The position numbers and the translations under genes were made by a program. DNA of 64,000 bases from Vicugna vicugna (taxonomy: Eukaryota). Position 1 is the stretch's first letter. Each line of letters opens with the position of its first letter. Location: NCBI GenBank assembly GCA_013265495.1, contig MU058418.1, positions 2,444,917-2,508,916 on the forward strand. The letters are read 5' to 3'. A model generated the notes under the pieces. That model saw only the letters and a list, made by a program, of their open reading frames with translations. It searched no databases and was not told the DNA's origin. Of this stretch, positions 26,061 through 40,139 are shown piece after piece.

Positions 26061-28559
26061 TAGTCTTTTCTTCCTCTTCTTCCAGAGGGCCTGAAGTGCT
26101 GCCTGGGGGGCCTGGGGGACTCATGGTGGACGGTTTGGAACCTAGCTATAAGCAGCCTAGTGAGCAGGTTAAAAACAGGGCTTGCAGCCTGACTGGGGGA
26201 GTGACAGAGGGGGCTCCATTCTGCTTGGAGAGTACAAGTTCAAGGGGAAAGAGGGTCAGCCCTCCTGGGAGCTAGGGGCTGGGTGAGAGGGGGTGACACA
26301 GGCTGTGTGTATTCATACTTTCAGGGTCCAGGGCCCAGATTTGTCCCCTTGCTTTAGCCAGTGCAGGTGCCTCCCTGCCCCTGCTGGGGTTGCTTACTCG
26401 GGCTTGTCTTCTAGAGAAACCTTATGGAAGATCACAACTGTGTTTTTTAACTTCTCAGTAAGAAACAGCCCATGGAAGCCCACCTGCCAGAAGTGGAAGC
26501 CCACCCCTGTGGGAGAGAGAGACACCGCTGCCTTTTCTCCCTCCCACTCACTTTAGCATGTTGCAGCTTATGCAGGCTGACCTTCCCCCCCCGGGGTGGC
26601 CCAGCTGGCATACCTCAGAGGCAGTGACAGGTAAAGGTTTCACCTTCAGACAGAAGAAGAGATCCCCAAATCAACCTACCTAAGGGCATGAGTGATGACC
26701 CAGAGAGCCAGGGCTGCTACCAATAGTCTCACTCCAGCAGGGCCGACTGAGGGAAATGCAAGGCAAAGAATCTCCAGCCAGGAAGTTGGCTCAGAGGGTG
26801 GGCCAGTGGCCTGTTCACGCCCAGCAGCACCTGAGCTGCGCACGTGAGGAAGCCTGGGAAGGACAAGAGAGGATGGGGCTAGAAAATGGTGGGGAGGGAC
26901 CCAGGGTCACACAGCTCTGTCACCATGCCTACCTTGTGATGCTGAACTAACTACCACTCGGTTGCTGGTCTGGGTGGGTGTTTTCCTTGAGAAACAGGTG
27001 AAGGGAAAGGCTCTATAGTGTTCATATAATGTTCGCCACCCACCACATTAGTTTTCTGAATTTCTACTTAGAACATTTGTGCCTGTCAGATAAGAGAGGA
27101 GATCAATTAGGCTCCAAATGTCACCATTTCTAGTAATTACCATCATGCACAAACAATGGAAAACGCTAAACAATGGGTCTGATTTGAAACATTAACTTTC
27201 AGAAATGCTCACAAATGAATCATTTCATCTACAATCAACTACTATTTTAATTTTTTTCTCCTTGAGATAGAAAATAGATAATTACTGAGAAGGGAATTGG
27301 GGAAACTTTCCACGCACATAATTTGTGTGCAGAAACATCGAAACAAACATTTCTCTGGAATGTACAAAATGATTCCATATACAATCTGTTATCATTGTAG
27401 AAAACCTTCTAAAATGGATTCAGTGCAAGAAATCCTGGTTGGAAAACATCTGTGATTTAAGGCACGTCAAACTTGAAATATGCATGTATGGGCATGTGGG
27501 TGTATCTGTGTGCTCCCCATAATAGAGTCCCTGTGCTTCTCGCTCTGTGCATGGCCCACGCATAAGTGGGCATGAAATGATTATGAACAACCCCCCAAGC
27601 TGCTGTACCAAGGAGAGTGTCTGATAGAGCAACACAAAAAAGAAGCATACAGTCAATGACTGCTGTGTGGTGGGGAAGACTTGGTAACTATAGCAACTTG
27701 CTTTAAGAACAACCCTGCCAGAACTCAGGTGGGCCCTGCCAGCCCTCCCACTGTCACACCGCGGGGAGAGGGAAGCCGTTCAGCAGAGGCTCAGCAGAGG
27801 CGGCAGGACAGCCACACAAAGGGCACATGGAGGAAAGCAAACCTCCTTAAAGTGCCGGCACCACATGGGTCTGTGAAGCAGCAGATTAGGAACAAGAGCA
27901 AGAATGCAACTGAGGAAGGTGAACATAAAGGGTCGATTTTGAACTCTTGCAAACAGAGTGAGAATTCTTTGTCATGAATACATCTGCCCAGCTGTGACCA
28001 TCCTGATGTAAACTGGCATGGGGCACCGAAAAAGATCAGCATACACTCAAGAACAGAGATAGCTAACAGGACCCAGGCAAGGTCAGGGTGTTAACATCTG
28101 GCTCCTGGATAAGCCCTCACTCATTCCACTGGGAAGAGGGACTGAGGTTAACACCAGAACCCCGCATGCATGTAGTAGACAGAGTTTTAGTTGCGGCAAT
28201 TTTTTTTTTTTAATGTTTGACTGTTAGTAAACTGCAGATAGTTGAACCCACAGGGTGAGCTCATTTCTCATCATCAAACCCTTTATAGTTGTCATTAAAA
28301 AGCCTGGAGCAAAAGGAGCTCCTCAGACATGGTGAGACTAAGGTTTCTACGCCAGGGAGACCCCAGTGATCTTTACTAATCCCTTCTCTGAAGTGGGCAG
28401 AGGGAGGCCTCCCTCACATGGAATGGAGCCTGACATGCTGTTACAGGACTCAGGCTCAGCGTGCCCTTCCACCACAGCTCTGTCCCGAACCACGTTCTCC
28501 ACTTGACTGGAGAACTCACTCCAGTTTTTCTGCCAACTCGCTGCTGCTCTTGCTCCCTC

Positions 28560-29530
28560 CCCTCGCAGCATCTTCCTTCTCTTCTCCAGCTCTAGATGAC
28601 CTAAGCCTTGTTAGTCCTCCCCTCCTAACTACCCCCATCTCCTGAGTATCAGGGTTCTCACTATATCTGTAGGCTGCTGACTCCTTAATTTATATAGACA
28701 GCTCATGGACTCAAGACTGATGTAGCCAACCACCATCTCAATACGTCCATGAGGATGTCTAGCATGTCTAGCAGGCATCACACACACAGCGGGCCCCAGA
28801 CCACCCCCCTGTAGTAGATGGTTGGTTCTGCCATCAAAGCACATCCCAAATATGAGTGCTCCTCAGCCAGTCCTCTACTCCCTGCCAAGCCACTGACAGC
28901 TCTGCCTGGATTGTGCCAGCAGCCTCCCGAGTTCTCTGCTTTTGCCCTTGCTCTTTCCTAGTCTCTTCTCCACATGGCAGCCAGAATCTTGAAAAACACA
29001 AATCAGATCTTATCACTTCCTTGCTCAAAACCCTCTCATGTCTTCTGGTCACAGAATAGAAGCTGGAATCCTTGCTGTGGCCTCTGAGCCCATTGTGATC
29101 GGGTGCACCCTCGTCTCCAGCCTCCTCTCGATCACCTTCCCCTTTGTTCACTCTGCTCCTGACACACTGGTTTTCTTTGCTGCTTCAGACATGAACGCAG
29201 AGCCTCACACATGCTGCCAACTCTGCCCAGAGCACCTGGAATAGCTCATTCCCTCTCCAAGTTTCCACTCTCTCCTTAGAGACATCCTCCCTGTCTATTT
29301 TACTGAACGACGCTCACTCCCACATCCATTCTATCCCTTTATCCTGCTTTTTCTTTCCCACACTAATCACTACCTATATTATCATAGAAATTTGTCTCCC
29401 TCAGTAGGATCTGAGGTTTATAAAAACAGGGGCTTTTTGTTGTAGTTCACTGCTTTTTTTTCCCCAGGACTCAGAACAGTGCCTGTCACATCGTGGGCGA
29501 TCAGAAAATATTTATAAATGAGCGAATAAA
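28560..29530 (+). mobile_element. L2 LINE 3' portion
   Basis: aaatcagatcttatcacttccttgctcaaaaccctc...agaacagtgcctgtcacat...aaatatttataaatgagcgaat. Confidence 0.8.
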
Positions 29531-29999
29531 CACATGCATAAGGACAGTAAGTGTACATTTGTGTAGCACATTGGCTGTGACATGTAGTGGTTCAATGGCT
29601 TTTAAACTGCTTTTGATTTTGTTGCTAAATGGTCTGGCTCCTGCAATAAATCAGGAGATAACATAAGTCATTCTGCTGGAGAATTAAAACACATCTGGGG
29701 TCAAAACATTGTGCACCCACGTGTCTGATATAAAAAGGTATTCAGCAATTTAGTTAAGGGAGGATCCTTAACTAAATTAGAACAATAGAATTAGAACAAT
29801 AGGATTTTGGAGCTAGAAGAGACTTCTTTCCCCAAGGGAGATATATACTGCCCTCCTCCAAGAACAAATACCTACTGTTCCTCCCACCCTGTGTTCTGTG
29901 GGCTCACGTGCCCCAAACTTGCTCACCAAAGCATTCTTCCGAAACAGGTGCCTCTCTCAGAGGAATCCTCCTTCATGTCATTACAGAATCACAGAAGTG

Positions 30000-30200
30000 T
30001 TAATAGTAGACACCACTATTGGGCATTAACTATTTGCTACACACTTACTTAACATTCACTTGTTTAACCCTTGCAGCAACCCAGTAAGCTGGTATTATTG
30101 GTAGTCTTGTTTCACAGATGAGGAACCAAAGCACAGAGAGGATAAAGGATTTGTCCAAGATTACAAAGCCAGTGAGATGTGGAGCTAGGATTCACCCTGA
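30000..30200 (-). mobile_element. MIR SINE
   Basis: tttcacagatgaggaaccaaagcacagagaggataaaggatttgtccaagattaca. Confidence 0.75.
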
Positions 30201-30969
30201 GGTTTGATTTCAGCATTCATGCTCTTAGTCACCTGCAGCCTCCCTGCTCGTAGCCCAAAGAGGCCTTGGAGACCACCTGGTTTGTCAAGTTGGGTGACTT
30301 GGCCAAGGTCACACAGCAGGCAATGGAGAGAGGGTACAGGTCCAGGTCTATGTTCCCCGTTCTCTCCAGTTGGCTTGAAAGATTTCAAGGAGATGTTATC
30401 TGCCCTTGGGGAGTGGACAGCAAGGGAGTTCTATGGTGTAATCAGTCCTAACTACTAATTGCTAATTGTGTAAGACCAATGGGGGAAATTGCCTCAAGTA
30501 TCCTATAAAAGAAGGTAGAATTCAAAGTACATATCTAGAACTTTATCTCAGGTTAAGTGGCAAAGTATGCCTTTTACATTTGAAATATTGTTTCCTTTTT
30601 TAAGTCTTTCACTACAAGATACTACTGTGTGATGTCTACTTAAAAAGTACCTTTAACTAAGTTTTTCTCTGTTGTTCCCAATGCGTAATTATACTTATTT
30701 TAAACCTGGTGCAGGCTATACCTTCTGTGTGCCTTAATTTTGCGACATTCAAAGACTAACTACTGTGTGCAGCCCTGATGGAGTTCCAGTGGCTACACAG
30801 CATTGCCAGGACTCGCCCTGATGTCCCAATCCCCAAGCACACACGATGAAATACATGGCCTTGAGCAAGCCAGCCCCTCTGAGCCAGCGTCCTCACTGCT
30901 AACACAAGGGATGGGCCTAGCTGGTCTCCATCACACTCTGTGGTGTCTTCTGTTTCTATATCTAGAATA

Positions 30970-31200
30970 ATCACAGTCATTATTTCTTTATTACCAGCCA
31001 CCGTGCTAAGTGTTTTATGTGCATTTCTCATTAAATCCTCATACCATCACTATGAAATAGATACTATTATTATCCTAATTTTACAAATGAAGAAACCAAA
31101 GTTTAGAGAGGTTAATAAACTTGCCCAAGGTCACAAACACAGCAGGTGAGTGGCAGAGGTGGGATGCAAAGCTTGGTGTCTGCCTGGATCCTACAATCCT
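30970..31200 (-). mobile_element. MIR SINE
   Basis: attttacaaatgaagaaaccaaagtttagagaggttaataaacttgcccaaggtcaca. Confidence 0.8.
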
Positions 31201-33434
31201 AACAAGTACGAGGTGGTAGAGTGTACCCTCACAGAATCATGGACAGCAGAGGCGTCCACAGAACATCTCCCCTCACGGTACAGACGACTAGGGCGAAGAG
31301 AATCTGAGAGACATTCAACATCACATTACCAGACAGTGGCAGAATTGACATGAACGCACTTTTGGCTATTTACTGTGGCTGTCCCATCAGGGGGATTCTG
31401 GAGAATGGACATCTCTCTCATCAACAAGCTTTTGATTGGACTTTTGATTAGGCCTGGTTTACTTACCTTTTGCCCAGGAACAGATTAAAAATAGATTGGG
31501 GAAGTTATATGCATCTCCCATGCATTAAATTTATACATTTTCATGCTAGACTTAAGCCTGACCCTCTATGTCCATTCTCTTTTTTTTAAAAACTTTATTT
31601 GGAATTTGTATTCAGAGTCCAATCTGGGTTTCACAAGGATGCTATTGGTTGTCAATGTGCTGTTCTAGTCCTTCCCCACAGATCCACTACAAGGTGGGTC
31701 TGCAGAAGGCGGAGGCTGAGCTAAACTTGAAGGGCCTGCATCTTCTCCCACGTGCTAAACCCTAATACAATCATTCAGTGTTCTCTTTCATATCATCTAC
31801 TGACTTTTGACTTTTAGGTTGCTTTTAGATTAGGGCACTGATTCTCAAACCTGCCTATACTTTAGAATCATCTAAGAAAATGAGAAAAAAGGCTTGTAAT
31901 TTGGGGCCCACTCACCATTGAAACCTTTGGAAGCCCCAAAACCACTGAAGGCATTTGAGCAGAAACATGATGTAGGGAACTTATGTTTTAGGAAAGCTGG
32001 TCCATAATTAACTGGAGAGAGATTTTTACAGTATTTTTTGGAAAGAGCCAGGTCTTCCATTGCTTAACCTCCCAGTTTTGGGTTAATCTTGAATCACAGG
32101 TTCTGCACGCACCCCATTCTTTCGTCTCATGGTTCCCTGGGGAGTTTCTCTGACTTTCCTTTCCTTTTGCAATCCTCACTCCATATAGAACAGCTTGTAG
32201 AGGAGCATGTACCTCTATACTGTTTTCTCCCTACTTCATCATTAATTTTGAAAATATATTTTGTTTACATGTTACAACATTCAGTATACAGTAAAAAATT
32301 AGTCTCCCTACTTTCTCCCTCCTCAGTTTTCCTCCCTGGAGCCCGGTTTCCATCTCCTGGCGTGTCCTTGCATTGCATAGGTGGTTTCTGCAAAAACAGG
32401 CAAATATTATGTATATGGATTTACCCAAATGGCAACCTTCTAAACACAGTAATTTGTTTTTCTCCCCTCTTTCATCTCCAAAATTAAGCATGCAGGCCCT
32501 TGCTTTTCTAGATATTTTTTAAGGGGAAAAAAAAGGACAATGACAAGGCTTATATAGAGGGTCCAGAACCTTAAGAGTTGTCATAATCTTATTTCTGAAT
32601 TCTTTGTTCCATAGTACTTAGAGCTTCCTGCTCTCTTCCTTTATCCTCTGTACCTGAGGGTGGAGCTCTCCAGATCTTATTGTCACTCCCCCAGTCTCCT
32701 GGGTCCTGGTTCCCATTCAACTTTTTTTTTTTTCAGTCCTCCCTTCATGAAAGTACCTTTGACTAGGAAGTGGCCCTGAATTTACAGTTGAGATGAAAGA
32801 AACAATGCTTATGAATAGCAGGCCATTCAGAGGCTGCCTAACCTCATTTGAGAATTATGCATCTCAGGGGAATTTATGATCCATGGTCACCCTGAGCAAC
32901 CATTCACTTAGTAATTTAGACCAGTGACAAGCATCTGAGCTATGACGTTAAAAGTTGGAATTCAGAGGAAGAGGTAAACAGAAAGAAACCATGCAAAAAG
33001 AAATGCGATGCAACTTGATAACTGACTAGGTTCAGGAGTAGAGAGAAAGGAGTGAACAAATCTCTGCGCCTTAGAATCTAAGATTTTAAGCTCAAGCAAC
33101 CAGAAGAATGGTGGGATCACTGTTAAACAAGACATTCTTTGTGAAGGGCTTTCAAAAGCCTTATTTTTTTCTGGGTTGAATACTGTACTCATCAAATTTC
33201 GGAGGCAAACCAGGCATGGGAAAATCTGTGAAATAACGGAGTTTGACTCTTCTTTGCACCTTTTCTGCTTCATTCTTCTGCCTGATTCCATGGGCTATCC
33301 TTCCATGGGGCTGCCTGTCGTATAACCCTGCTAAAGTGATGAATGGTATCAGGTGTGGGCTGATAAAGGCAAAGCTGTGCCCTCTCCCAGGAGCAGCTAC
33401 ATTTTAAAAGAAGACTCATGAAGAAATAACGCCT

Positions 33435-33856
33435 TGGAGATTGTCATTTTAAGTAAAGAAAGTCAGAAGAGAAAGAAAAATACTATATGATATCACTTAT
33501 ATGTGGAATCTAAAAAAAAAAAAGACAAACTTACTTACAAAACAGAAACACTCACAGACATAAAAAACAAACCTATGCTTACCAGGGTGGGAAGGAAGAG
33601 GAGGGATAAATTCAGAGTTCGAGATTTGCAGATACTAATATATATAAAATAGATAAACAAGTTCATACAAGGAACTATATTCAGTATCTTGTAGTAACTT
33701 ACGGTGAAAAAGAAAATGACAACGAATATATGTATGTTCATGTATGACTGAAGCATTATGCTGTATGCCAGAAACTGACACAACATTGTAAACTGACTAT
33801 ACTTCAATAAAAAATATATATGTATGCAAAAACCACCAAACAAACACACAAAAAAG
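33435..33856 (+). mobile_element. Young 5'-truncated L1 3' end (camelid/cetartiodactyl type) with A-rich tail and probable TSD
   Basis: tatgatatcacttatatgtggaatctaaaa...gagatttgcagatac...acacaacattgtaaactgactatacttcAATAAA. TSD AGAAATAA[C/A]GCCT at 33422-33434 and 33857-33869. Confidence 0.88.
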
Positions 33857-34524
33857 AGAAATAAAGCCTAAAGACAAAGAAAGAATGCACCTATAAGAGT
33901 GGAATTAATGGGTCCTAGGGTACATTTTTTTAGATGAGCTGGTAGTCTTCAAATCACACCAGTGGTTAATCACAAGGTTAATTTTGATCTATTGGGATCA
34001 CTTATTTTGAAATTTTATTTGCATGAACAATCTACTGACTACTGACGGAGCTTTAGGCCTATTATTGTGAGAGGTACAAAACTACTTTCTAGTCATGCAT
34101 CTATTTATTTTAAAAGATAATTGACATTGAATAAATTTCTTCCATATTTCCTGACAATCTGTTTTGGTGGGATTTTTTTTGGTGGCTCCTAACAGGTCTT
34201 CCCTTACTGGGGTTATGTAATAGTTAATGTCTTGTTGAAGAACAATGAAAACTCCATCACCACATCCAAAGCTTTAATAGAGATGCCATGGCTCTTTCTA
34301 AAGAAACAATTCTCCACACCCTCAGTTAAGTTGAATGCAACTGAAACAGCTGAGCAAGCAAGCAAGCTCAGACCAGAGAAGGAACTTAATAATGCATGCA
34401 TACAACAGTCACTAATTCCAATCCAGCTGGGTTTACCAGAGGTGCAGCTAAAGGAGACGCTGCTTCACCTCCTCCAGGCATGTGAGGTTGAAAATATTCA
34501 TACTGTTTAAGAACTAGAAATGGA

Positions 34525-34770
34525 ATAGTGGTGAAAAGCATGCACTCTGGAGCCAGGTTATTTGGGCTCAAACACTAGCCCTGCCAATCACTACTTAGGT
34601 GACTTAAAGACATGTATTGAACCTGCTGTGCCTTGGATTCTGTAAAATAGGGACCACACTACTGCCTTTCCTACAGGGTGGTTATGAAGATGAAATGACA
34701 TAAAACATGTACAACACTTAGAACAGGGCATGACAGATAGATAATGCCATATGAATGTTAGCTCTTAATG
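34525..34770 (+). mobile_element. MIR SINE
   Basis: atagtggtgaaaagcatgcactctggagccag...ctgtaaaataggg...acacttagaacagggcatgaca. Confidence 0.8.
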
Positions 34771-36972
34771 GTTTACTTACTAATTGAAACATTTCATATT
34801 ACTTCAGATTTTGCAGACATTCAAATTTGCAATTAATTTTAGTTTGTTAAAATGAGACAAAAAAGCAGTATCTGGTTTCTTTCTTTAACCATTTCAAGTT
34901 TCTCTCTGATGTCCTAGGGTCTAGTAATGGCATCCACATGTGGCCAGGGACTATAGCAGTTGGGCCACAAAACAGCAGGGGGATGCCAGGGGAACCTTCA
35001 GAATCATCTTTAAATTCTCATTGCCCATCAGGGTAAGATAAACCCTTTTTATATCCCTTCACTTTCATACCATCCACACCAAACTCAGCCAACAACTTCT
35101 CACTTCTGCTTCAAGCAAGCATCCCTGACATTGGAGAGAAGGCAGTTAAAAAAGAAATATATTCCACATCCATACTTTAAAAAAAAATACTGTATATGCC
35201 AAAGTAAGATTTTAAGGAAGTGACATGGCAATTCCTTCAGCTAAAGGAGATACAAAGTCCCCCTGAATATATCATCTCAATGAAAACCAGATCTATGATG
35301 CCTCAGGGTTTGGAGAAAACTGATACCACCAAGGACTTTGGAACATCTGACGAGATACTGAATGAATGGGTCTTTTCATCATGATGTCTTTTATTGTTCA
35401 GTGGAGCTACACAAATATTTGTTGAGTATTTACACTGTGTGCTTTTCCTGTATATGAAATGCCTGTCACATAAATATTAATGAATGTTTGCTGATCTATT
35501 GAAAAGTAACAGTAATTAAACTGGGTGGTTGAAAATATTTTACTTAGAAGTATTATTTAAATGCCACATCCTTTACGTTTTGGCTTTTAACTAGGGTTAA
35601 AATAGCCTTTTCTAAAATACCATAGCAAGAAAATATTCTATTCCATATTGTTTTGAACAATTTCTATTTTGTGGCATTCAGTAGGATTCCAGAAAAGAAA
35701 CATAGCAAGTTTAGTACTTTCATCTTTTAGCTTAGCTAGCAAACACCAAATTAAAGCCACATATAACCCGTAGACAGTTTTTACTGCTATTGATTAAAAA
35801 TTCACTTTGATAGCATTATTTTTAGGTATGAAAATGGAGCATATTTGAAAGAACTCCAGAGATTGCATATTTTCGTTGAGAAGACAAATCATTTCCTGCT
35901 GAAAATATAAGGCTGAATCACATATCAATGTTAGAGGTCTAATAAATCTTGCTGATGAATTACACAGAAACACATAAAATGTCTAAAAGGTAGCTCATGC
36001 TAGAATATATTAAATAAACTTACATGCATAATATATATTTTCTTCCTTCACTCAACTTTCCAAGACACTAAATGAAGTATTTTAACTTTAAACCAGCCCA
36101 GAGATAGCTCTGTTTCATAGCCTATTCCATGTTACCTAAACTTTTACTTTTATCCTATTTCTAGAAAGACGAGACCTCATATTGGATAATGGGATACCTG
36201 GCACAATTTAATTTATCCGAAAATCTCAGAAGGCCATACATAGAATAATGTGAATTTTACTAAAGAAAAATAATGTTCTTCACAGTCACATAACATGTAA
36301 CATGAGGGCTGGAGGAGCTCAGCTGGCCATAGCTGGACTAAGCACAATGCTCCTTATTCTACAGCTATGTTTGCTGAGACACCACTTACAGGCTCTCGCA
36401 TAGCACTGAAATCATGAAATAACCACAACACCAAAAGCCATAAAAATCAATCCACAATCTCAGCTCTTGGGTGTGGATTAGGAGGCATCTCAACTTTAAA
36501 GATCCTACAGGTAATAAAATAAATCATTAGTGATAAATGTTTTTTTCGGTGATTAGCTTATGGGTTTACTGATAGTGTATAATAAGCCCATTGGGGAATG
36601 GAAGAGGACTGGTGAGTTTTGGAGTGAGACTGGGGGTGAACCGTTATGGGCGGGACAGTTACATTAGGGAGCTGCAGAATTGCCAGCACAGCGGTAGCAC
36701 AGAGGTAGCACTGAGGTAGTTAGGGAGGAATGTGCAGGATGGGATGAGATGGAAAGGGTCTTGTGAGTGAGATGGGAGGAAAGAACGTAAAACACTCACT
36801 CTCTTCATGTAGATACATATGCATATAGGGTACACGTATAGCCTTCCTTCTCTCCTACCCCAGGTTGGCCCTGGCTAGTGATCCAATTCAGCATCAGCAT
36901 GGTCTTCAGTAGAGTTTTGAAAACTCTAAAATATGTTTTTCTTAAAAATAATTGAAGCTGAGTAATTTCATC

Positions 36973-37092
36973 TTTTTGGGGTGTGTGTAAGGTAATTAGG
37001 TTTATTTACTATTTAAAAAATTGTTTTTAATGGAGGTACTGGGGGTTGAACCCCATGTAAAGCATGCACCTTACTACTGATCTATACCCTCC
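36973..37092 (-). mobile_element. Vic-1-type camelid tRNA-derived SINE (degenerate)
   Basis: aggtaattaggtttattt...aatggaggtactgggggttgaaccc...aagcatgcaccttactactgatctataccctcc. Confidence 0.8.
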
Positions 37093-37787
37093 TCTTAATA
37101 TGGTTTTTAAAACTAAATCTTATTTTTAAAATATTTTAATGTATAAAATGCATATTATCTGTAGAAAAAATGATAATCTTACGATCTAGAGATATTCTGA
37201 TAAATTTCATCCAACTGTTCTGTTTATTATATTTACATAGTTGGGATTATGCCTATAAGATTTTTAAGAATCTGAGTATATGTTTCTTTAACTATAAAAA
37301 AAAAGCATAAAATACTCCCTTCCTGAGGAAGGTAATTATGATTATCCTGAATGCTGTTTTTTCCCTTGTGATAAAAGCTAAGTCCCATTGCATGCGCCCC
37401 CCTTCCCCAAAACTGTTGCCCTTTTATCATGGTTTAACCATTTGCTTTGCTTTACTTTTAGTTGTTATTCAGAAGTCCCTCTCCGAAACCCTCTATAAAA
37501 AATGGGGACAAAGTAAATTTCACCTGAACAGTACACTCCCTTGTGTTCATTTATTACTCTCTTCTTTCATAGTTGAACCCCTATCCCACCCCCTTTCCCT
37601 GTAACACATGGTTGTTGTTGGTTGTGATCTTTATTGTAGTACATGGCAAACTCAGTAACTCAAATGGTTGCCACAGATTAAACTGTCTTGTTCAGAGCAC
37701 CCTGTAAATCCCTTGCCTAGTTTTCAGCCTTTGGAGGCAGAAGGGGCAGGAGTGGGGGCACTATTTGCCTGTCCCGAGGGCTTTTAA

Positions 37788-37943
37788 TTTTATTTTATTG
37801 AGGTAACACTGGTTATAACATTATATAAATTTCACTTGTACAACATTGTATTTTGACTTCTATATACGCTACAGCGTGCTCACCACCAAAAATTTAGTTT
37901 CCATCTGTCACCATACAGGTGATCCCCTTTACTCATTTTGCCT
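37788..37943 (-). mobile_element. Short L1 3' end fragment (laurasiatherian type)
   Basis: tttattgaggtaacactggttataacattatataaatttca...gtgctcaccaccaaaaatttagtttccatctgtcacca. Confidence 0.75.
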
Positions 37944-38539
37944 AGGGTTTTTTAACCCCACACTAGGTTGAGTTCTGCTTTCAAACAGGCTATTCTTGTT
38001 TTTTGAGAAGGAGGATATTTCTCTGTCTGGGCCCAACTCCATCCCTTTGACATCAAAATTGCTTTACTAGCCTTCTAAGACCAACCTGCCTTCTGCCTTC
38101 TTCCTTCTGGGCTCTACCAGGAAATCACCAACATGCCTTTCTCCCCTGGCCCTGGGCCTCCAGCTCCTTACCCAATGTACTAATATGAGCTAGCCATCTC
38201 CATTAGCAGATTCCAGCAGTTTATTCTTCCATGTCCTTGCTGTTAGGGCTCTTACAGTAGTGAGCTGAGTGACCCCAGCCTGTTTCTCTATTCAATTACC
38301 TCGCTCTGGTTCCCACATTTTCTCTGAAAAGCCTTGTTGCTGCATACCCTGTTCCTGTCCTTGGAATATCTAAGTCACAGCAGGGAAGGTCATCCTTCAT
38401 GAATCACACTGTTCATGTACGCATTAGTATGTTAGAAAGTTAATCGCCTTCTTCTGGGAAAACAGAAATTTCATATGGTTCAATGTAATAAATGTCATCA
38501 ACCGGAAAATAAATAAATCAGTCACAATCTATTAATACT

Positions 38540-39095
38540 CTGGCATAAAACTCTGGCAGTGAGAATGAATAAGCTAGAGCTACATAGATCATTATAGATA
38601 AAACTCACAAACATACTGCTGAAGAAAAAAGCAAGCTGTATATAGTACACAATGAATACAAAGTTTGAAAGCTAGGTACAGCAACACTAAATATTTCTTA
38701 GGGATTTATACATACACACAGACACACATAATCATACATGTAAGTATATCTCAGAAATATAATTCTTGGAGAAATATATATATATTTTTTCCTGGTGTAC
38801 ATGTGCATGCACACCCCCACACACATACACCCTTACATATACATATATATCCCTAAGAAATATAAGTATAAATATATGTATGTATATATTCATATATAAA
38901 CACATGTAGTAAAAATACAAATAAGTGCATGGAAATAATAAAACACTAAATTCATGGTAGTAGTTACAATTGGCAGGAGAACACAAGTAGCTTCAACTGT
39001 ATTGGTTAGTCTGTATTTCTTAAGATGGGTAGGAGACATGTGGGTGTTCATTATACTTTTGATAAATTTTATATACTGCATAACAAATAAAAAGA
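38540..39095 (+). mobile_element. Old L1 (L1ME-like) 3' UTR with low-complexity expansion
   Basis: gcagtgagaatgaataagctagagctaca...tttcttaagatgggt..gacatgtgggtgttcattata. Confidence 0.6.
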
Positions 39096-40139
39096 AAATG
39101 ACGTTCAGCTCTTTCTATAATAAGGTAGTTAAAATAACTTAATCGAAGTTAGCTGAAATTTTGATGGAATCATTTATTATTTGCCTTCCTACAATGTAAA
39201 ATTCTGGTAAGAAGTAGGAAACAGTAGGAAACTTCAATCCTAATTAAAACCAACTCCTCTCTTTCCTAAAACTAACTGTAGAATTAATGTGGATCTGGCA
39301 CTAAGCTTCTCAATTGCTATAAGCAAACTGGCTATGATTTCTACTCATCTCTATTCAGGTTTTGGTGTTATAAATCATCATTTGCCAATAATGAAATCAT
39401 ATTTTAATGAAATATAAACACTATTAATATTAGCCTTGAATTTATGAATTTTTCATTGAACTATTCATAGAATATGTTCTGCCTTATTTATCTGTCATCA
39501 GAGTGCTGTCAAGACCATGTGCACAGAATCTCAGATAATTAAAAAAATAACCTCTGTTAATCAGCTGGTTCACATGTACCTTTTCTTTAAGCTTGTTTTG
39601 TCTACACACAATTCTGACACCACGTGTAGTCACTACAAGCCATAATTAATAATATCTGCATAGTGTTAGCATTTGCAAAGTGTTTTCAATCTGAGATAAT
39701 GTCAGAATTCTTTTGTTATAATTTTCTATAATACAAACTGTATGTCACCAACATATATAAAATCCTTGAGAAAATTATTAATATTTTAAAATCATATGTT
39801 CCAAATAACAGTAGAAACCATACAACTTTAAATTATATCCTATCTTAAGGAAGGAATGAAATAAAAACATATTTAATGGTACCTCTAAAAATCATGCTTT
39901 GAAGACAATAATATATTACACATACATATGGAACTATGACATAAAATATCATAATATTTCTGTGAGGTGAAAATAGTCATTTTATTAGAGAAATACTAGG
40001 TGCCCAAATTCTCAATCACCAAGTTCCTCATTAAGTTCTCAAAGATAATAAAGGCATTCTGACTACGTAGTTACTTCAGACTAACATTATTCACAATGGA
40101 ATGGACTTTGGGAAAAGGCAGATTTCAAGTGTAAGTGTC

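Noticed and set aside
34213..34571. Protein-like ORFs on both strands
   Set aside because: No recognisable family and no consistent multi-exon frame; partly overlaps a MIR.
36300..36345. tRNA A-box-like text (gagctcagctggccatagc)
   Set aside because: No B-box, cloverleaf or TSD seen.
36686..36730. TGAGGTAG (let-7-like 5' end) in an 11-bp triple repeat
   Set aside because: Only 8-9 nt match and no precursor hairpin; simple tandem repeat.
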